From assembly GCA_011053055.1 (NCBI GenBank), contig DRHT01000014.1:40930-104929 (forward strand): a DNA stretch of 64,000 nucleotides, given 5' to 3'. The notes beneath the pieces are model-generated. The model saw only the letters and a program-made list of their open reading frames with translations. It did no database searches and had not been told where the DNA came from. How positions within the stretch are numbered: position 1 is the stretch's first letter; the number at the start of each line of letters is the position of its first letter. This document shows, piece after piece, positions 43,773 through 53,920 of the stretch. The translations under genes were made by a program, and so were the position numbers. The DNA comes from Halopseudomonas sabulinigri. GTDB lineage: Bacteria; Pseudomonadota; Gammaproteobacteria; Pseudomonadales; Pseudomonadaceae.

Positions 43773-44894
43773 ATGAGCATCAACAGCAATAGTCTCAACT
43801 ACACCGACCTGAACAGCATGAATCAGCTGAAATTGGGCGCCAATGCCAACAGCCCGGAGAATATCCGCAAGGTGGCAGAGCAGTTCGAGTCGCTGTTCGT
43901 GAACATGATGGTCAAAAGTATGCGTGATGCCAACGCGGTGTTTGCTGAGGGCAACCCGTTGAATACGCCGCAGACTCGGCACTATCAGGATATGTACGAC
44001 AATCAGTTGTCGATACATCTGGCCGAAAGCAAAGGGCTGGGCATGACCGATACATTGATGCGTCAGCTTTCGCCGAACAGCACTACGGCCGCCACCGGCG
44101 CTGATACTACCGGCAACAACGCGAAAGCGGTTGAGGGGGTAGATCAATCTGCCCTGCTGGCGCGTCGCCGGTTGGCGATCTCTTCTCATTACAGTGAATG
44201 GTCAGAGCGGCACGCACAGCAGACCGCTGGCCAGAGCACGCAGAATAGCAAGGTCAGTGACAGCGGCAGCGTTGCAGAGAACTGGCAGCCGCTGCGCGCG
44301 CTGCAAGCAGCCTCACGCAACGCGCAAAACAGTACGACCGAGCAGGTAGTGAACGCTGAAAGCGCCGGTCGCACACGCTTCGCTAATGCCGGAGAGTTTG
44401 TTGAAACTATGCTGCCGATGGCTGAAAAGGCCGCCGCACGCTTGGGTGTCGATCCGCATTATTTGGTCGCTCAGGCTGCACTCGAAACCGGTTGGGGCAA
44501 GTCGGTGATCAAGGGGTCGGACGGCTCCAGCAGCCACAACCTGTTTGGTATCAAGTCACACGGCGGTTGGCAGGGTGATTCGGCCAATGTGATGACCACT
44601 GAATATCGCAATGGCGTGCAGGGCAAAGAGCGCGCGGCATTCCGTAGTTACGATTCCTGGGAGCAGAGTTTTGAAGATTACGTCAGCTTTCTGGAAACCA
44701 ACGGCCGCTATCAGCAGGCGTTAGGCAGCACAGCCAATCCGGACTCGTTCTTCCGTGAACTGCAACAGGCCGGTTACGCAACCGACCCGCAGTACGCTAG
44801 CAAGGTATCGCAAATCGCCCGCAAGCTGATCAGCGAAACCGACACTCGACTGGCCGACAATACAGCGACGGCTGATGCCGTAGGCAGGACATAA
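43773..44894 (+). CDS. flgJ: Flagellar rod assembly protein / peptidoglycan hydrolase FlgJ
   Basis: 373 aa with an N-terminal rod-binding motif (QFESLFVNMMVKSMR) and a C-terminal glucosaminidase domain (NLFGIK...YATDPQYASKV). Confidence 0.93.
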   Translation: MSINSNSLNYTDLNSMNQLKLGANANSPENIRKVAEQFESLFVNMMVKSMRDANAVFAEGNPLNTPQTRHYQDMYDNQLSIHLAESKGLGMTDTLMRQLSPNSTTAATGADTTGNNAKAVEGVDQSALLARRRLAISSHYSEWSERHAQQTAGQSTQNSKVSDSGSVAENWQPLRALQAASRNAQNSTTEQVVNAESAGRTRFANAGEFVETMLPMAEKAAARLGVDPHYLVAQAALETGWGKSVIKGSDGSSSHNLFGIKSHGGWQGDSANVMTTEYRNGVQGKERAAFRSYDSWEQSFEDYVSFLETNGRYQQALGSTANPDSFFRELQQAGYATDPQYASKVSQIARKLISETDTRLADNTATADAVGRT

Positions 44895-46861
44895 TGGCAG
44901 ATCTCTTTGGCATCGGTCTCAGCGGGCTCAAGTCGGCGCAGACGCAGCTATCGGTTACCGGTCAAAACATCAGTAACGTCAACACCCCCGGCTATACTCG
45001 GCAGACCGCAGTGCAGGCTTCGCAGGTCCCATCGCTGACCGGCGCCGGCTATCTGGGCAACGGCAGCAAGGTGGTGGATGTCGACCGCATCTACAACCAA
45101 TTTTTGACTAATCAGGTACGCTCAAGCACCTCCTCCAACGCGGAGGTCAATGCGTTCCAATCGCAGATGGAACAGCTCAATACACTCGTCTCTGGTGCCG
45201 CAACCGGCATTACACCTGGCTTGCAAAATTACTTTGATGCCTTGCAGACGGCGATTGAAGATCCGTCCAACTTGCCGGCACGGCAATTGTTTCTCTCCGA
45301 AGCCGAAGGTTTGGCCTCGCGCTTCAATACCGTTCAGAGCAGCTTGGCAGGGCAGAACCAATTTATTGGCCAACAGATGAGCACCTTGGCTGATCAAGCT
45401 AGCCGGCTGGCCACCTCGGTTGCCCAGTACAACGACAGCATCGCCAAGGCGGCGGCTAATGGCGCACAGCCCAATGACCTTCTGGATGCGCGGGATGAAG
45501 CCGTGCGTCAGCTCTCTGAGTTAGTAGGTATCACCGTTGTACCGCAAGACGATAACCAAATTAACGTGTTCGTCGGGTCCGGGCAGCCGCTGGTGGTTGG
45601 CAATCAAGCATCCACACTGGCAGTGCGCCCGGGAGCATCTGATCCTTCGCGGGTTGATATAGTGCTCAAGAGCGGGGGTTCAACGCAGGATATAACCTCG
45701 CTGGTCAGTGGCGGTGAGTTGGGTGGTCTGATGCGCTACCGAGAGGACGTACTGGATCAAGCACTGAATGCCATCGGCCGTTTGTCGTTGTCGATTGCCG
45801 ATGAGTCCAACAAGCAGCTGGGCCAAGGGCTAGATCTTAATGGCAATGCGGGCTCACTGTTGTTTAACGACATAAACAATGAAGCGCTGGTAGACGGGCG
45901 TAGCCGCGCGCGCGTCAACAACACCGACCCCAATGCCAAGCTGGATATACTGATCAGCGATACCTCACAGCTCAGTACCTCGGACTACGAGGTGGTGTTC
46001 AGCAGCGCTACCGAATTTACAGTGCGCCGCACCTCTGATGACAAAGTCAGCGGGCCTTACAATCTGGGTGGTGCGCCGCCGCCGGAGCTGGATGGTTTCA
46101 CCATAGAACTGGATTCCGGCAGCATCACTTCGGGCGACCGCTTTCTGCTGACCCCGACTCGCTATGCTGCAGCCAATATTGATGTGGTGATGCAGGAGCC
46201 TCAGGAGCTGGCCTTCGCCGCGCCGGCTAGCAGTGATGCGAGCCTGGATAACCGTGGTACCGGCAGCATTACTCAGCCGACGTTAACCAGCGGCCCGACT
46301 CCTATCGATCCTGCTGCTCTGCAAACGTTGCTTCCGGTAGATCTGAGTTATGACTCGGCTACGGGAGAGCTGACCAGCTCTAGTGGCACGTTGAATCCCT
46401 CGCCGTTGGTGATTAGCCCCGGGCAGAACAACAGCGTCGAGCTAACCGTTGGTGGTTACACTTTTAGTATGAGCATGAGTGGCACACCCAAGGACGGGGA
46501 TACTTTCACGCTCAATTTCAATACCGGTGTGGCGGACAACCGCAATGCGCTGGTGATGTCTGAGTTGCAGAGTGCCAAGGTACTGGGGAAGGCCAACGGC
46601 GCAGACGGCTTGTCTTTTGTCGATGGCTACGGTGATCTGGTGCAGCGGGTGGCGACTTATACGGCGCAGGCGCGTACCGATTCCGAATCCAGCGCCGCGG
46701 TATTGCAACAGGCAACCAATAACCGTGATTCAGTCTCCGCTGTCAGTCTGGATGAGGAGGCGGCTAACCTGATCAAATTTGAGCAGTACTACAACGCCTC
46801 GGCTCAAGTGATTCAAGTTGCGCGTTCTTTGTTCGATACATTGCTTAGCAGTATTCGCTAG
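44894..46861 (+). CDS. flgK: Flagellar hook-associated protein 1 FlgK
   Basis: 655 aa, with LFGIGLSGLKSAQTQLSVTGQNISNVNTPGYTRQ and C-terminal SLDEEAANLIKFEQYYNASAQVI. Its ATG overlaps the flgJ TAA by 1 nt. Confidence 0.95.
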   Translation: MADLFGIGLSGLKSAQTQLSVTGQNISNVNTPGYTRQTAVQASQVPSLTGAGYLGNGSKVVDVDRIYNQFLTNQVRSSTSSNAEVNAFQSQMEQLNTLVSGAATGITPGLQNYFDALQTAIEDPSNLPARQLFLSEAEGLASRFNTVQSSLAGQNQFIGQQMSTLADQASRLATSVAQYNDSIAKAAANGAQPNDLLDARDEAVRQLSELVGITVVPQDDNQINVFVGSGQPLVVGNQASTLAVRPGASDPSRVDIVLKSGGSTQDITSLVSGGELGGLMRYREDVLDQALNAIGRLSLSIADESNKQLGQGLDLNGNAGSLLFNDINNEALVDGRSRARVNNTDPNAKLDILISDTSQLSTSDYEVVFSSATEFTVRRTSDDKVSGPYNLGGAPPPELDGFTIELDSGSITSGDRFLLTPTRYAAANIDVVMQEPQELAFAAPASSDASLDNRGTGSITQPTLTSGPTPIDPAALQTLLPVDLSYDSATGELTSSSGTLNPSPLVISPGQNNSVELTVGGYTFSMSMSGTPKDGDTFTLNFNTGVADNRNALVMSELQSAKVLGKANGADGLSFVDGYGDLVQRVATYTAQARTDSESSAAVLQQATNNRDSVSAVSLDEEAANLIKFEQYYNASAQVIQVARSLFDTLLSSIR

Positions 46862-47020
46862 CAGGTTGTTGAAAAGCGTAAGTGAGGCAGCCAAGGCGAG
46901 ATGAAAATTGGCTGAGAACGCGGTGTTTATATGCGGTAGATGAGCATTTTGCAGCCACTTTTTAACGCGGTATTGGCAACGCAGGCGGCGCTTCGACGGC
47001 CTGCTAACGGGTAACAAGAC

Positions 47021-48280
47021 ATGCGAATTTCCACCATACAACAGTTCAACAGCGGCGTGCGGGGCATACAAGACAACTATGCCAACGCTTCACGCACGCA
47101 AGAACAGATCAGCTCGGGTAAGCGTCTTCTGTCGCCGGCCGATGATCCCGTGGCGACTGTGCGTCTGCTGCAGCTGAGCCAAGAGTCGAATAAACTGGCG
47201 CAGTACAGCGATAACATGACGGCAGCGACGAATAGCCTGGCGCAAGAAGAAGCGGTTCTCAATTCGGTCAACAATGGATTGCAAAGAGTACGCGAAATCG
47301 CGCTGGAAGCGGGCGGCGGTGGGCTGACAACTGAAGATCGCCAAGCGCTGGCAACTGAATTAGAACAGCGCGAAGAAGAGCTACTCGACCTGTTCAACAG
47401 TCGCAATGCGCGCGGTGAATATCTGTTTGGTGGTTATCAGAGTAAAGAAGCGCCTTTTGTTAAAAACCCGGATGGCAGCTATAGCTATCAAGGCGACGAA
47501 GGCCAGCGATCGGTGCAGATCGCCGGCTCCAAGACGGTTGCGTTGAACGACAATGGCAAGGAACTGTTCGTTAATGTGACTAACGTCAACCGCGTGCTGA
47601 CCAGTGCCGATCCGGCCAACACTGGCTCCGGGCGAATCTCGCTCGGCGTAGTGGAAAACAAAAACAACTACGATGACAGTTTTTACCCGCAAGGCAGTGT
47701 CAGTATCGTGATTGGCGCCGATGCTGCTAGCTATGAAATAGTCGACAGCACTGGCACGCCGTTGGTGCCGCCGGTCACTGGCGCGTTGGAAGAAAATGAC
47801 ACCGGTGGCTATAGCATTCGTTATGCCGGCGTGGCGGTCACGATGGACGGTGAGTTAGCGGCTGGCGACAGTTTTAGTATTGCTACGGGCGACAGCAGCC
47901 CTACCAGTGATAAGCGCGAAACCCGCAGCATTCTGGAAACCATTGCGACGCTACGTAAAACGTTGGAGACCAGCACTGATAGCAGCGAAGACAAGTTACA
48001 TCGCCGCGATGTTATTGCTATCACTCTGGATAACCTCGATAGCTCTATGAACAGCGTGTTACAGGTGCAGACCACTATTGGTGCGCGGATGAACGTGATC
48101 GACTCCACGCAGGTACAGAACGATGAGCTGTCGCTGATCAACACCTCGGTTACCTCCGAATTGGAAGATCTCGATTACGCCGAAGCGTTAAGCCGTCTCA
48201 GTTTGCAGACGGTGGTGCTGGAAGCCGCGCAACAAAGTTTTGTCAAAATCAGCGGGCTGACCTTGTTCAACTTGCTCTAG
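47021..48280 (+). CDS. flgL: Flagellar hook-associated protein 3 FlgL
   Basis: 419 aa with MRISTIQQFNSG... and flagellin-like N- and C-terminal helices (SSGKRLLSPADDPVA). Confidence 0.92.
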   Translation: MRISTIQQFNSGVRGIQDNYANASRTQEQISSGKRLLSPADDPVATVRLLQLSQESNKLAQYSDNMTAATNSLAQEEAVLNSVNNGLQRVREIALEAGGGGLTTEDRQALATELEQREEELLDLFNSRNARGEYLFGGYQSKEAPFVKNPDGSYSYQGDEGQRSVQIAGSKTVALNDNGKELFVNVTNVNRVLTSADPANTGSGRISLGVVENKNNYDDSFYPQGSVSIVIGADAASYEIVDSTGTPLVPPVTGALEENDTGGYSIRYAGVAVTMDGELAAGDSFSIATGDSSPTSDKRETRSILETIATLRKTLETSTDSSEDKLHRRDVIAITLDNLDSSMNSVLQVQTTIGARMNVIDSTQVQNDELSLINTSVTSELEDLDYAEALSRLSLQTVVLEAAQQSFVKISGLTLFNLL

Positions 48281-48305
48281 ATTATTCAGCCGCCTGCTGG
48301 ATTGC

Positions 48306-49214
48306 TCAGTACAGCTTGGCGGCCGATTTCAGCATTTCGATAAAGGCGATGGCCGCTGGTGACAAGGGGCGTTGCACGCGGGTCACCAGGCCAAAGCTAG
48401 TGCCCGGCATCAGTATTGGCCAGTCGAGCAGGGCCAACCGACCATCGGTGAGCTCTTGCTCCAGCGTGCTGCGGCTGGCGATGCTCAGGGCATCGCAATG
48501 CATTACCAGGCGCTTGAGCACGTCCAGATTGTCGCATTCCAAACTAATCATCGGCTCTTCGCGCGGCAGTGTGCGATGCAATAGTTGTTTAATAACACCC
48601 GGTAGACGAAAGCTCGCCAGCGGGTACTGCGCCAGTTGTTCAGGCGTCAGATTATGTTCACCGCACAATGGATGGCCGGGGCGACAGAAAAGCACGCTGG
48701 GTTCCTGCTGCAGGGGTTCTACCTGTAGCAACGGGTCGCCTTCTAATTCGCGGATATCCGCCACAAAGACTTCCAGTTCTTCGGCTAACAACTGCCGGCG
48801 CAGGGCATCCCAATGCTGAATGTCCAGCCTGACTCGCACACCGGGGTAAAGCTTATTGAACTGGCCCAGCACGCGCGGCAAGAGGTCGGCGGCGGGGAAG
48901 GGGCCAGCACCAATGAGTAGCTCACCGTCTTCCAGGTCATTGAACTGACGCAACGCGTTTCTCATGGCAGTGCTGCCGGCCAACAGTCGTTTGGCATGCT
49001 CCAATACCAGTTGGCCTTGAGGTGTCAGCTCCACACCTTTGCCGCCCCGCACGATCAACGCACAGCCCAGCCGATGTTCCAGCGTTTGTATGCTGCGGCT
49101 CAGCGCTGGCTGACTCAAACCAATCGCTTCGCCGGCTCGGATAAAACCTTGATGTTCCACTAACGCTGCAAAGTGGCGTAGCGATTTCAGGTCCAGCGGG
49201 TGCTGTTCGATCAT
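48306..49214 (-). CDS. LysR-family transcriptional regulator
   Basis: 302 aa with an N-terminal HTH (LRHFAALVEHQGFIRAGEAIGLSQPALSRSIQTLE) and a LysR substrate-binding domain. Its ATG overlaps the cueR TGA (ATGA). Confidence 0.9.
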   Translation of the reverse strand: MIEQHPLDLKSLRHFAALVEHQGFIRAGEAIGLSQPALSRSIQTLEHRLGCALIVRGGKGVELTPQGQLVLEHAKRLLAGSTAMRNALRQFNDLEDGELLIGAGPFPAADLLPRVLGQFNKLYPGVRVRLDIQHWDALRRQLLAEELEVFVADIRELEGDPLLQVEPLQQEPSVLFCRPGHPLCGEHNLTPEQLAQYPLASFRLPGVIKQLLHRTLPREEPMISLECDNLDVLKRLVMHCDALSIASRSTLEQELTDGRLALLDWPILMPGTSFGLVTRVQRPLSPAAIAFIEMLKSAAKLY

Positions 49215-49600
49215 GGGGTCGCCAGTGAGTTGATAATGGGGCAGTCGGGGCGGTCGTCGCCTTGGCAGCTACGGGCGAGTTCCGCCAGGGTGTCACGCAT
49301 GGCCTGAAGGTCCACGATCTTCTGCTCTAACTCCTGCAGATGTTGTTGTGCCAATAATTTTACCTCGCTGCTACTGCGTGAGCGGTCCTGCCAAAGCGCC
49401 AACAGTTGCGCTACCTGCTCCATGCTGAAACCTAGCTGCCGCGCACTGTGGATAAAACGCAGGTTATGCAGGTCGCGCTGGCTGTACTGGCGATAACCCG
49501 ATTCGCTCCGAGTGGGGGCCGGTAGCAACTCAATGCTCTCGTAATGGCGAATCATCCGCGCGCTCAGTCCGCTGGCTTGAGCAACTTGGCTTATGTTCAT
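49211..49600 (-). CDS. cueR: MerR-family Cu(I)-responsive regulator CueR
   Basis: Track ORF trimmed to MNISQVAQASGLSARMIRHYESIELLP. The C-terminal metal loop CQGDDRPDCP (C-X7-C) is typical of CueR. Its ATG overlaps the copA TGA. Confidence 0.9.
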   Translation of the reverse strand: MNISQVAQASGLSARMIRHYESIELLPAPTRSESGYRQYSQRDLHNLRFIHSARQLGFSMEQVAQLLALWQDRSRSSSEVKLLAQQHLQELEQKIVDLQAMRDTLAELARSCQGDDRPDCPIINSLATP

Positions 49601-51981
49601 TTGGCCTCCGGTTTCCAACGTTTAAGCAGTAGCGCGTTGCTAACTACGCACACGCTGCTGGCGGCCATCATGGCGCCTGCCAGCATTGGATTCAGCAAAC
49701 CGATTGCGGCTAACGGAATGCCCACGCAGTTGTATACGAACGCCCAGAACAGATTTTGTCTTATTTTGCGCCAGCTGGCCCGCGACAAGGATAGTGCCGC
49801 AGGCACTAATAGCGGATCACCGCGCATCAATGTGATACCGGCGCTATGCATGGCCACATCGGTGCCCGTGGCCATCGCCATGCCGATATCCGCAGCAGCC
49901 AGTGCCGGAGCATCGTTGATACCGTCGCCGACCATGGCAACCACTTTGTTCTCAGCACGTAAACTTTGCACTATCTCGGCTTTTCCATCCGGTAGTACGC
50001 CGCCTCTTATCTGTTGGATGCCGAGTTGCCTGCCGACTGCTTCTGCGGCCGCTTGGTTATCGCCGCTAAGCAATAAAGTGCTGATGCCTTCAGCGTGCAA
50101 GCGTGCAATCGCCGCAGCGGCATCCGGTTTGAGAGTGTCGGAAAACGCCAGCAATGCTACCGCGCGTGGTGGATTATCTGCGGCCAGCCAAGAGAGAGTC
50201 GCACCCTTGGCGGACTGGGCATTAACCTGCGCATCCCAAGCAGATAGATCAATGCCTTGATCGGCCATCAAACGGCTGTTGCCGAGCCAGAGTTGCTGTC
50301 CTTCCAGTCGGCCTTGCGCACCTCGGCCAGCGCTGACGCGAAAGTCACTGGCCGCGGCCGAGCTTACCGACTGCGCTTCGGCGTAGTCGCATACGGCGCG
50401 CGCTAACGGGTGCTCAGCTTGTTGCTGTATTGCCAACGCCCAGGCTAAGGCCTGCTCTCGCGGTGTGTCATCCAATACTTGAAAATCGGTTAGTGACGGT
50501 TGGCCCAGCGTCAGCGTGCCGGTTTTGTCGAACACCACAATATCAACCTGATGGGCCTGCTCTAGGGCAACTGCATCGCGGATCAAGACGCCATGCTTAG
50601 CGGCTACGCCGGTGCCAACCATGATGGCGGTGGGCGTGGCGAGTCCGAGCGCGCAAGGGCAGGCAATAACCAACACGGCGATGGCGTTCAGCAAAGCTTG
50701 TTCAGGCCCGATAAGTAAGCTGCCGATGACCCAGGTAAGCAGCGCTATCAGCATAACGATGGGTACGAAAATAGCGCTCACACGGTCAACCAATCGTTGT
50801 ATCGGTGCTTTGGACGATTGCGCGCTTTCCACCAGCCGAACGATTTGCGATAACCGGGTTTCGCTGCCTACGGCGCGCGTATCCAGTAACAACAGGCCGT
50901 CCTGGTTCATTGAACCGGCACTGACGCTGTCGCCGGGCTGGCGGCTGACGGGTAGGCTTTCGCCTGTCAGCATCGACTCGTCCACATGGCTACCGCCTTC
51001 GCGCACTTCTGCGTCCACCGGAATACGCTCGCCTGGCCTAACGACCAGCAGGTCACCAACGGCGATCTGTTCCAGTGCTACGATTTCGTCTTTACCATCA
51101 GTTGTGCGTCGCCGCGCGGTATCCGGACGCAGCGCACTGAGCGCGCGTATGGCTTCCAGTGTTTGGCCTTTGGCGCGGTTCTCCAGGTACTTGCCAAGCA
51201 AAATAAAGCTGACAATGGTTGCTGAAGCTTCGTAATACAGCACCGGTATCTCGCCGGGCCCCGCCTGCAAAAAATGCCAGGTGCTTAACGCCCAGCCGGC
51301 ACTGGTACCCATAGCGACCAACAGATCCATGTTGCCACTGCGGTTGCGTATGGCATGCCAGGCGCCCTTGTAGAAGCGCGCGCCAAAGATGAATTGCACC
51401 ACAGAGGCCAATACTAGTTGCAACCAGGGCGGCAGCATGAAGTTATGGTTACCGAACAATGCGGGAATCATGCCGATAGCGAGTGGCAGCGTAAAGGCGA
51501 TAGACAACAGCAGCCAGTGCCACTCTTTACGCAAACTGGCGGTTTGTTCCGAGCCTCTCTTGCGCTCGGCATCCAGCCATTTTCCGGGGTAGCCGGCCCG
51601 GTCCAACGCATCCAAGAGCGCTTGATGATTGCTGCCGCTGAGCAGCATGACCCGGACCTGTTGGCTGGCGAGGTTAACCTCGGCGCTAAGCACGCCGGCT
51701 ACCTGCATCAGCGCTTGCTCGACTCGACGCACGCAACTGGCACAGCTCATGCCTTGCAGTTGTAATTGCCGCTCTTCACGTTTTGCTGGGTAGCCAGCCT
51801 TGTCGAGCGCAGCGCTGACTGCGACCACATTCTCGGCCGCTTGAAACTCGAATCGAGCGGTGGTCGCAGCCAGGTTGACCTCGGGCTGTTCAATGCCGGT
51901 TACGCCGAGCAATAATTTTTCAACGCGGTTGACGCAACTACCGCAGTTCATGCCGTCAAGGTTTAAGGTAATAGTGTGCAT
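49597..51981 (-). CDS. copA: Copper-translocating P1B-type ATPase CopA
   Basis: 794 aa with two N-terminal HMA domains (GMNCGSCV, GMSCASCV), TGES, the CPC motif (ACPCALGLATP), DKTGTLT and GDGINDAP. Confidence 0.96.
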   Translation of the reverse strand: MHTITLNLDGMNCGSCVNRVEKLLLGVTGIEQPEVNLAATTARFEFQAAENVVAVSAALDKAGYPAKREERQLQLQGMSCASCVRRVEQALMQVAGVLSAEVNLASQQVRVMLLSGSNHQALLDALDRAGYPGKWLDAERKRGSEQTASLRKEWHWLLLSIAFTLPLAIGMIPALFGNHNFMLPPWLQLVLASVVQFIFGARFYKGAWHAIRNRSGNMDLLVAMGTSAGWALSTWHFLQAGPGEIPVLYYEASATIVSFILLGKYLENRAKGQTLEAIRALSALRPDTARRRTTDGKDEIVALEQIAVGDLLVVRPGERIPVDAEVREGGSHVDESMLTGESLPVSRQPGDSVSAGSMNQDGLLLLDTRAVGSETRLSQIVRLVESAQSSKAPIQRLVDRVSAIFVPIVMLIALLTWVIGSLLIGPEQALLNAIAVLVIACPCALGLATPTAIMVGTGVAAKHGVLIRDAVALEQAHQVDIVVFDKTGTLTLGQPSLTDFQVLDDTPREQALAWALAIQQQAEHPLARAVCDYAEAQSVSSAAASDFRVSAGRGAQGRLEGQQLWLGNSRLMADQGIDLSAWDAQVNAQSAKGATLSWLAADNPPRAVALLAFSDTLKPDAAAAIARLHAEGISTLLLSGDNQAAAEAVGRQLGIQQIRGGVLPDGKAEIVQSLRAENKVVAMVGDGINDAPALAAADIGMAMATGTDVAMHSAGITLMRGDPLLVPAALSLSRASWRKIRQNLFWAFVYNCVGIPLAAIGLLNPMLAGAMMAASSVCVVSNALLLKRWKPEAK

Positions 51982-52017
51982 CTGGGCTCTCCAACGTTGC
52001 TGATGAGTTCAGCATGA

Positions 52018-52041
52018 ACCTTGACATCATGTGAAGGTCAA
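52018..52041 (-). promoter_or_regulatory. CueR operator / MerR-type copA promoter
   Basis: The minus strand reads TTGACCTTCACATGATGTCAAGGTT. It has a -35 TTGACC and the dyad ACCTTCACA/TGTCAAGGT inside a 19-bp spacer, the same architecture as E. coli PcopA (TTGACCTTCC..GGAAGGTT). It lies 37-60 nt upstream of the copA ATG. Confidence 0.75.
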
Positions 52042-52065
52042 GCAGCGTCATCGTCGAGCCCAAAT

Positions 52066-53811
52066 TTAAAAGCCCAGCTTGGGCCCACCACTGCCTTCGC
52101 CGAGTTTCAGGCCTACCTTGAGGATCCAGTCGTTATCCATTGCTGCAACCACCCAGCTGTGGCCTTCCCACTGAATATGGTCACCCACCACCGGATGCCC
52201 ACCGAAATGGCGGCTGAAAAAGGCGGCCAAGGTTAGCTCGCGCATGTCTTCTGGCACGTCAAAGCCATAGAACTTGCCGACCTCACCGAGCTGCGCATCG
52301 CCTTCCAGAATAAAGTCGCCAAAGAAGTTACGACTCTCCAGATAGCGCGGCGCCTGTGCCTTGCTAAAGAGTTTGGATAGCGCTGGCAGGTCGCGCGGCC
52401 TGCCTACTACACATAGCACATCATGCAGTGCTAGCTGCGTGCTACCGGTGGGGTGCAGCAGACGGTTACCCCGAAATAGTGCAGCGATCCGAGTGTCCGC
52501 GGGCATGGTAAGGTCTCGCAAAGCGACGCCGACACACCAGTTGGCATTGTCCAGTTGGTAAATCAGCAGCTCAAAATCCCCTTGAATCGCGGTATCCAGG
52601 CTGGTGCGTTGCAGCGGCTCTGGCTGTGGCGGAATCTCTACTTTGCAGAGACGGGCGACCCAAGGCAGCGATGATCCCTGCAGCAGCAGCGACACCAGTA
52701 CCACCACAAAGGCCAGGTTGAACAATAGCTGCGCCTGTTCCAGACCTGCCAGCAGCGGAAAGAGCGCAAGGATGATAGGTACTGCGCCGCGCAGCCCGAC
52801 CCAAGCAATAAACAGCCGCTCGCGCCAGGAAAAGACAAAGGGCGCCAGGCAGATCATGACCGCAATTGGCCGCGCGACAAAAATCAAGAAAAGCGCGATC
52901 AGCACCGCTGGCATGGCGATAATCAGCATTTCACTCGGCGTAACCAGCAGCCCAAGCATCAAAAACATACCGATTTGGCTTAACCAGGCCATACCGTCTT
53001 GCACCTGCAAAATATTCTGCAGGTTGCGCACGCGCTTGTTGCCGAGAATCAGGCCGGTAAGGTAGATCGCCAGAAAGCCGCTGCCGCCAATTTTGTTGGT
53101 GACCGCAAAAACCAGAATAGCGCCACTGGTGATCAGCAGAGGATACAAGCCCACCGGCAGATGCACGCGGTTGACCAGCCACACCAGTAGAAAGCCACCG
53201 CCCAGCCCACAGATCGCGCCAATGCCAAACTGCTCGACCAAGAGTAAGGCGAAGTTCCAACTGAAGCTGCTTTGCCCGCTGGAGAGCATTTCAACCAAGG
53301 TGATGGTCAGGAAGATTGCCATCGGATCGTTCGAGCCGGATTCGATTTCTAGCGTTGCGCCTACGCGTTGTTTTAGGTTCAAGCCCTTGCCTTGCAGCAG
53401 CGAGAACACGGCCGCGGCGTCGGTCGAGCCAACAATCGCGCCTAATAACAAGCCCTGCATCCAATGCAAGTCCAGCAACCAGGCGGTCAGACCGCCGGTC
53501 AGCGTGGCGCTGATAAGCACGCCGAGGCTGGCTAGCGACATCGCTGGCCAAAGGCCGACGCGGAAATTTTCCACCCGCGTGCGCATACCACCATCCAGCA
53601 GAATGATGGCCAGGGCCAAGCTGCCGATCAGGAATGCGCTGCTGGTGTCCTCAAAAGCAATGCCCCCGAGCCCGTCCTCGCCAGCGAGCATGCCGATGAC
53701 CAGGAAGATCAACAGCAGGGGGATTCCCAGTCGGGATGAGAGGGAGCTGGCGAGTACGCTGAAGCACAGCAGTAACGCACCAATCATGAAAATGGTATTG
53801 ATGTAATCCAT
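52066..53811 (-). CDS. nhaP2: K+/H+ (cation:proton) antiporter, NhaP2/CvrA-like, with a C-terminal TrkA-C domain
   Basis: 581 aa with ~12 TM segments of the CPA1 fold and a soluble C-terminal ~180 aa. Confidence 0.85.
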   Translation of the reverse strand: MDYINTIFMIGALLLCFSVLASSLSSRLGIPLLLIFLVIGMLAGEDGLGGIAFEDTSSAFLIGSLALAIILLDGGMRTRVENFRVGLWPAMSLASLGVLISATLTGGLTAWLLDLHWMQGLLLGAIVGSTDAAAVFSLLQGKGLNLKQRVGATLEIESGSNDPMAIFLTITLVEMLSSGQSSFSWNFALLLVEQFGIGAICGLGGGFLLVWLVNRVHLPVGLYPLLITSGAILVFAVTNKIGGSGFLAIYLTGLILGNKRVRNLQNILQVQDGMAWLSQIGMFLMLGLLVTPSEMLIIAMPAVLIALFLIFVARPIAVMICLAPFVFSWRERLFIAWVGLRGAVPIILALFPLLAGLEQAQLLFNLAFVVVLVSLLLQGSSLPWVARLCKVEIPPQPEPLQRTSLDTAIQGDFELLIYQLDNANWCVGVALRDLTMPADTRIAALFRGNRLLHPTGSTQLALHDVLCVVGRPRDLPALSKLFSKAQAPRYLESRNFFGDFILEGDAQLGEVGKFYGFDVPEDMRELTLAAFFSRHFGGHPVVGDHIQWEGHSWVVAAMDNDWILKVGLKLGEGSGGPKLGF

Positions 53812-53920
53812 TTAACACTTGCCTGAAAGCCAGATGATAGACATGCCCACTATAACTTCTCCCACCCCGTGGGGTGAAAAAAAGTACTGTATAGTCAATC
53901 GATTGCGTTAGGAGGTGCAA

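Noticed and set aside
49544-50260. 238-aa plus-strand ORF (also 50612-51235 and 53093-53806)
   Set aside because: These are antisense to copA and nhaP2 respectively. They have Ser/Ala/Pro-rich low-complexity translations.
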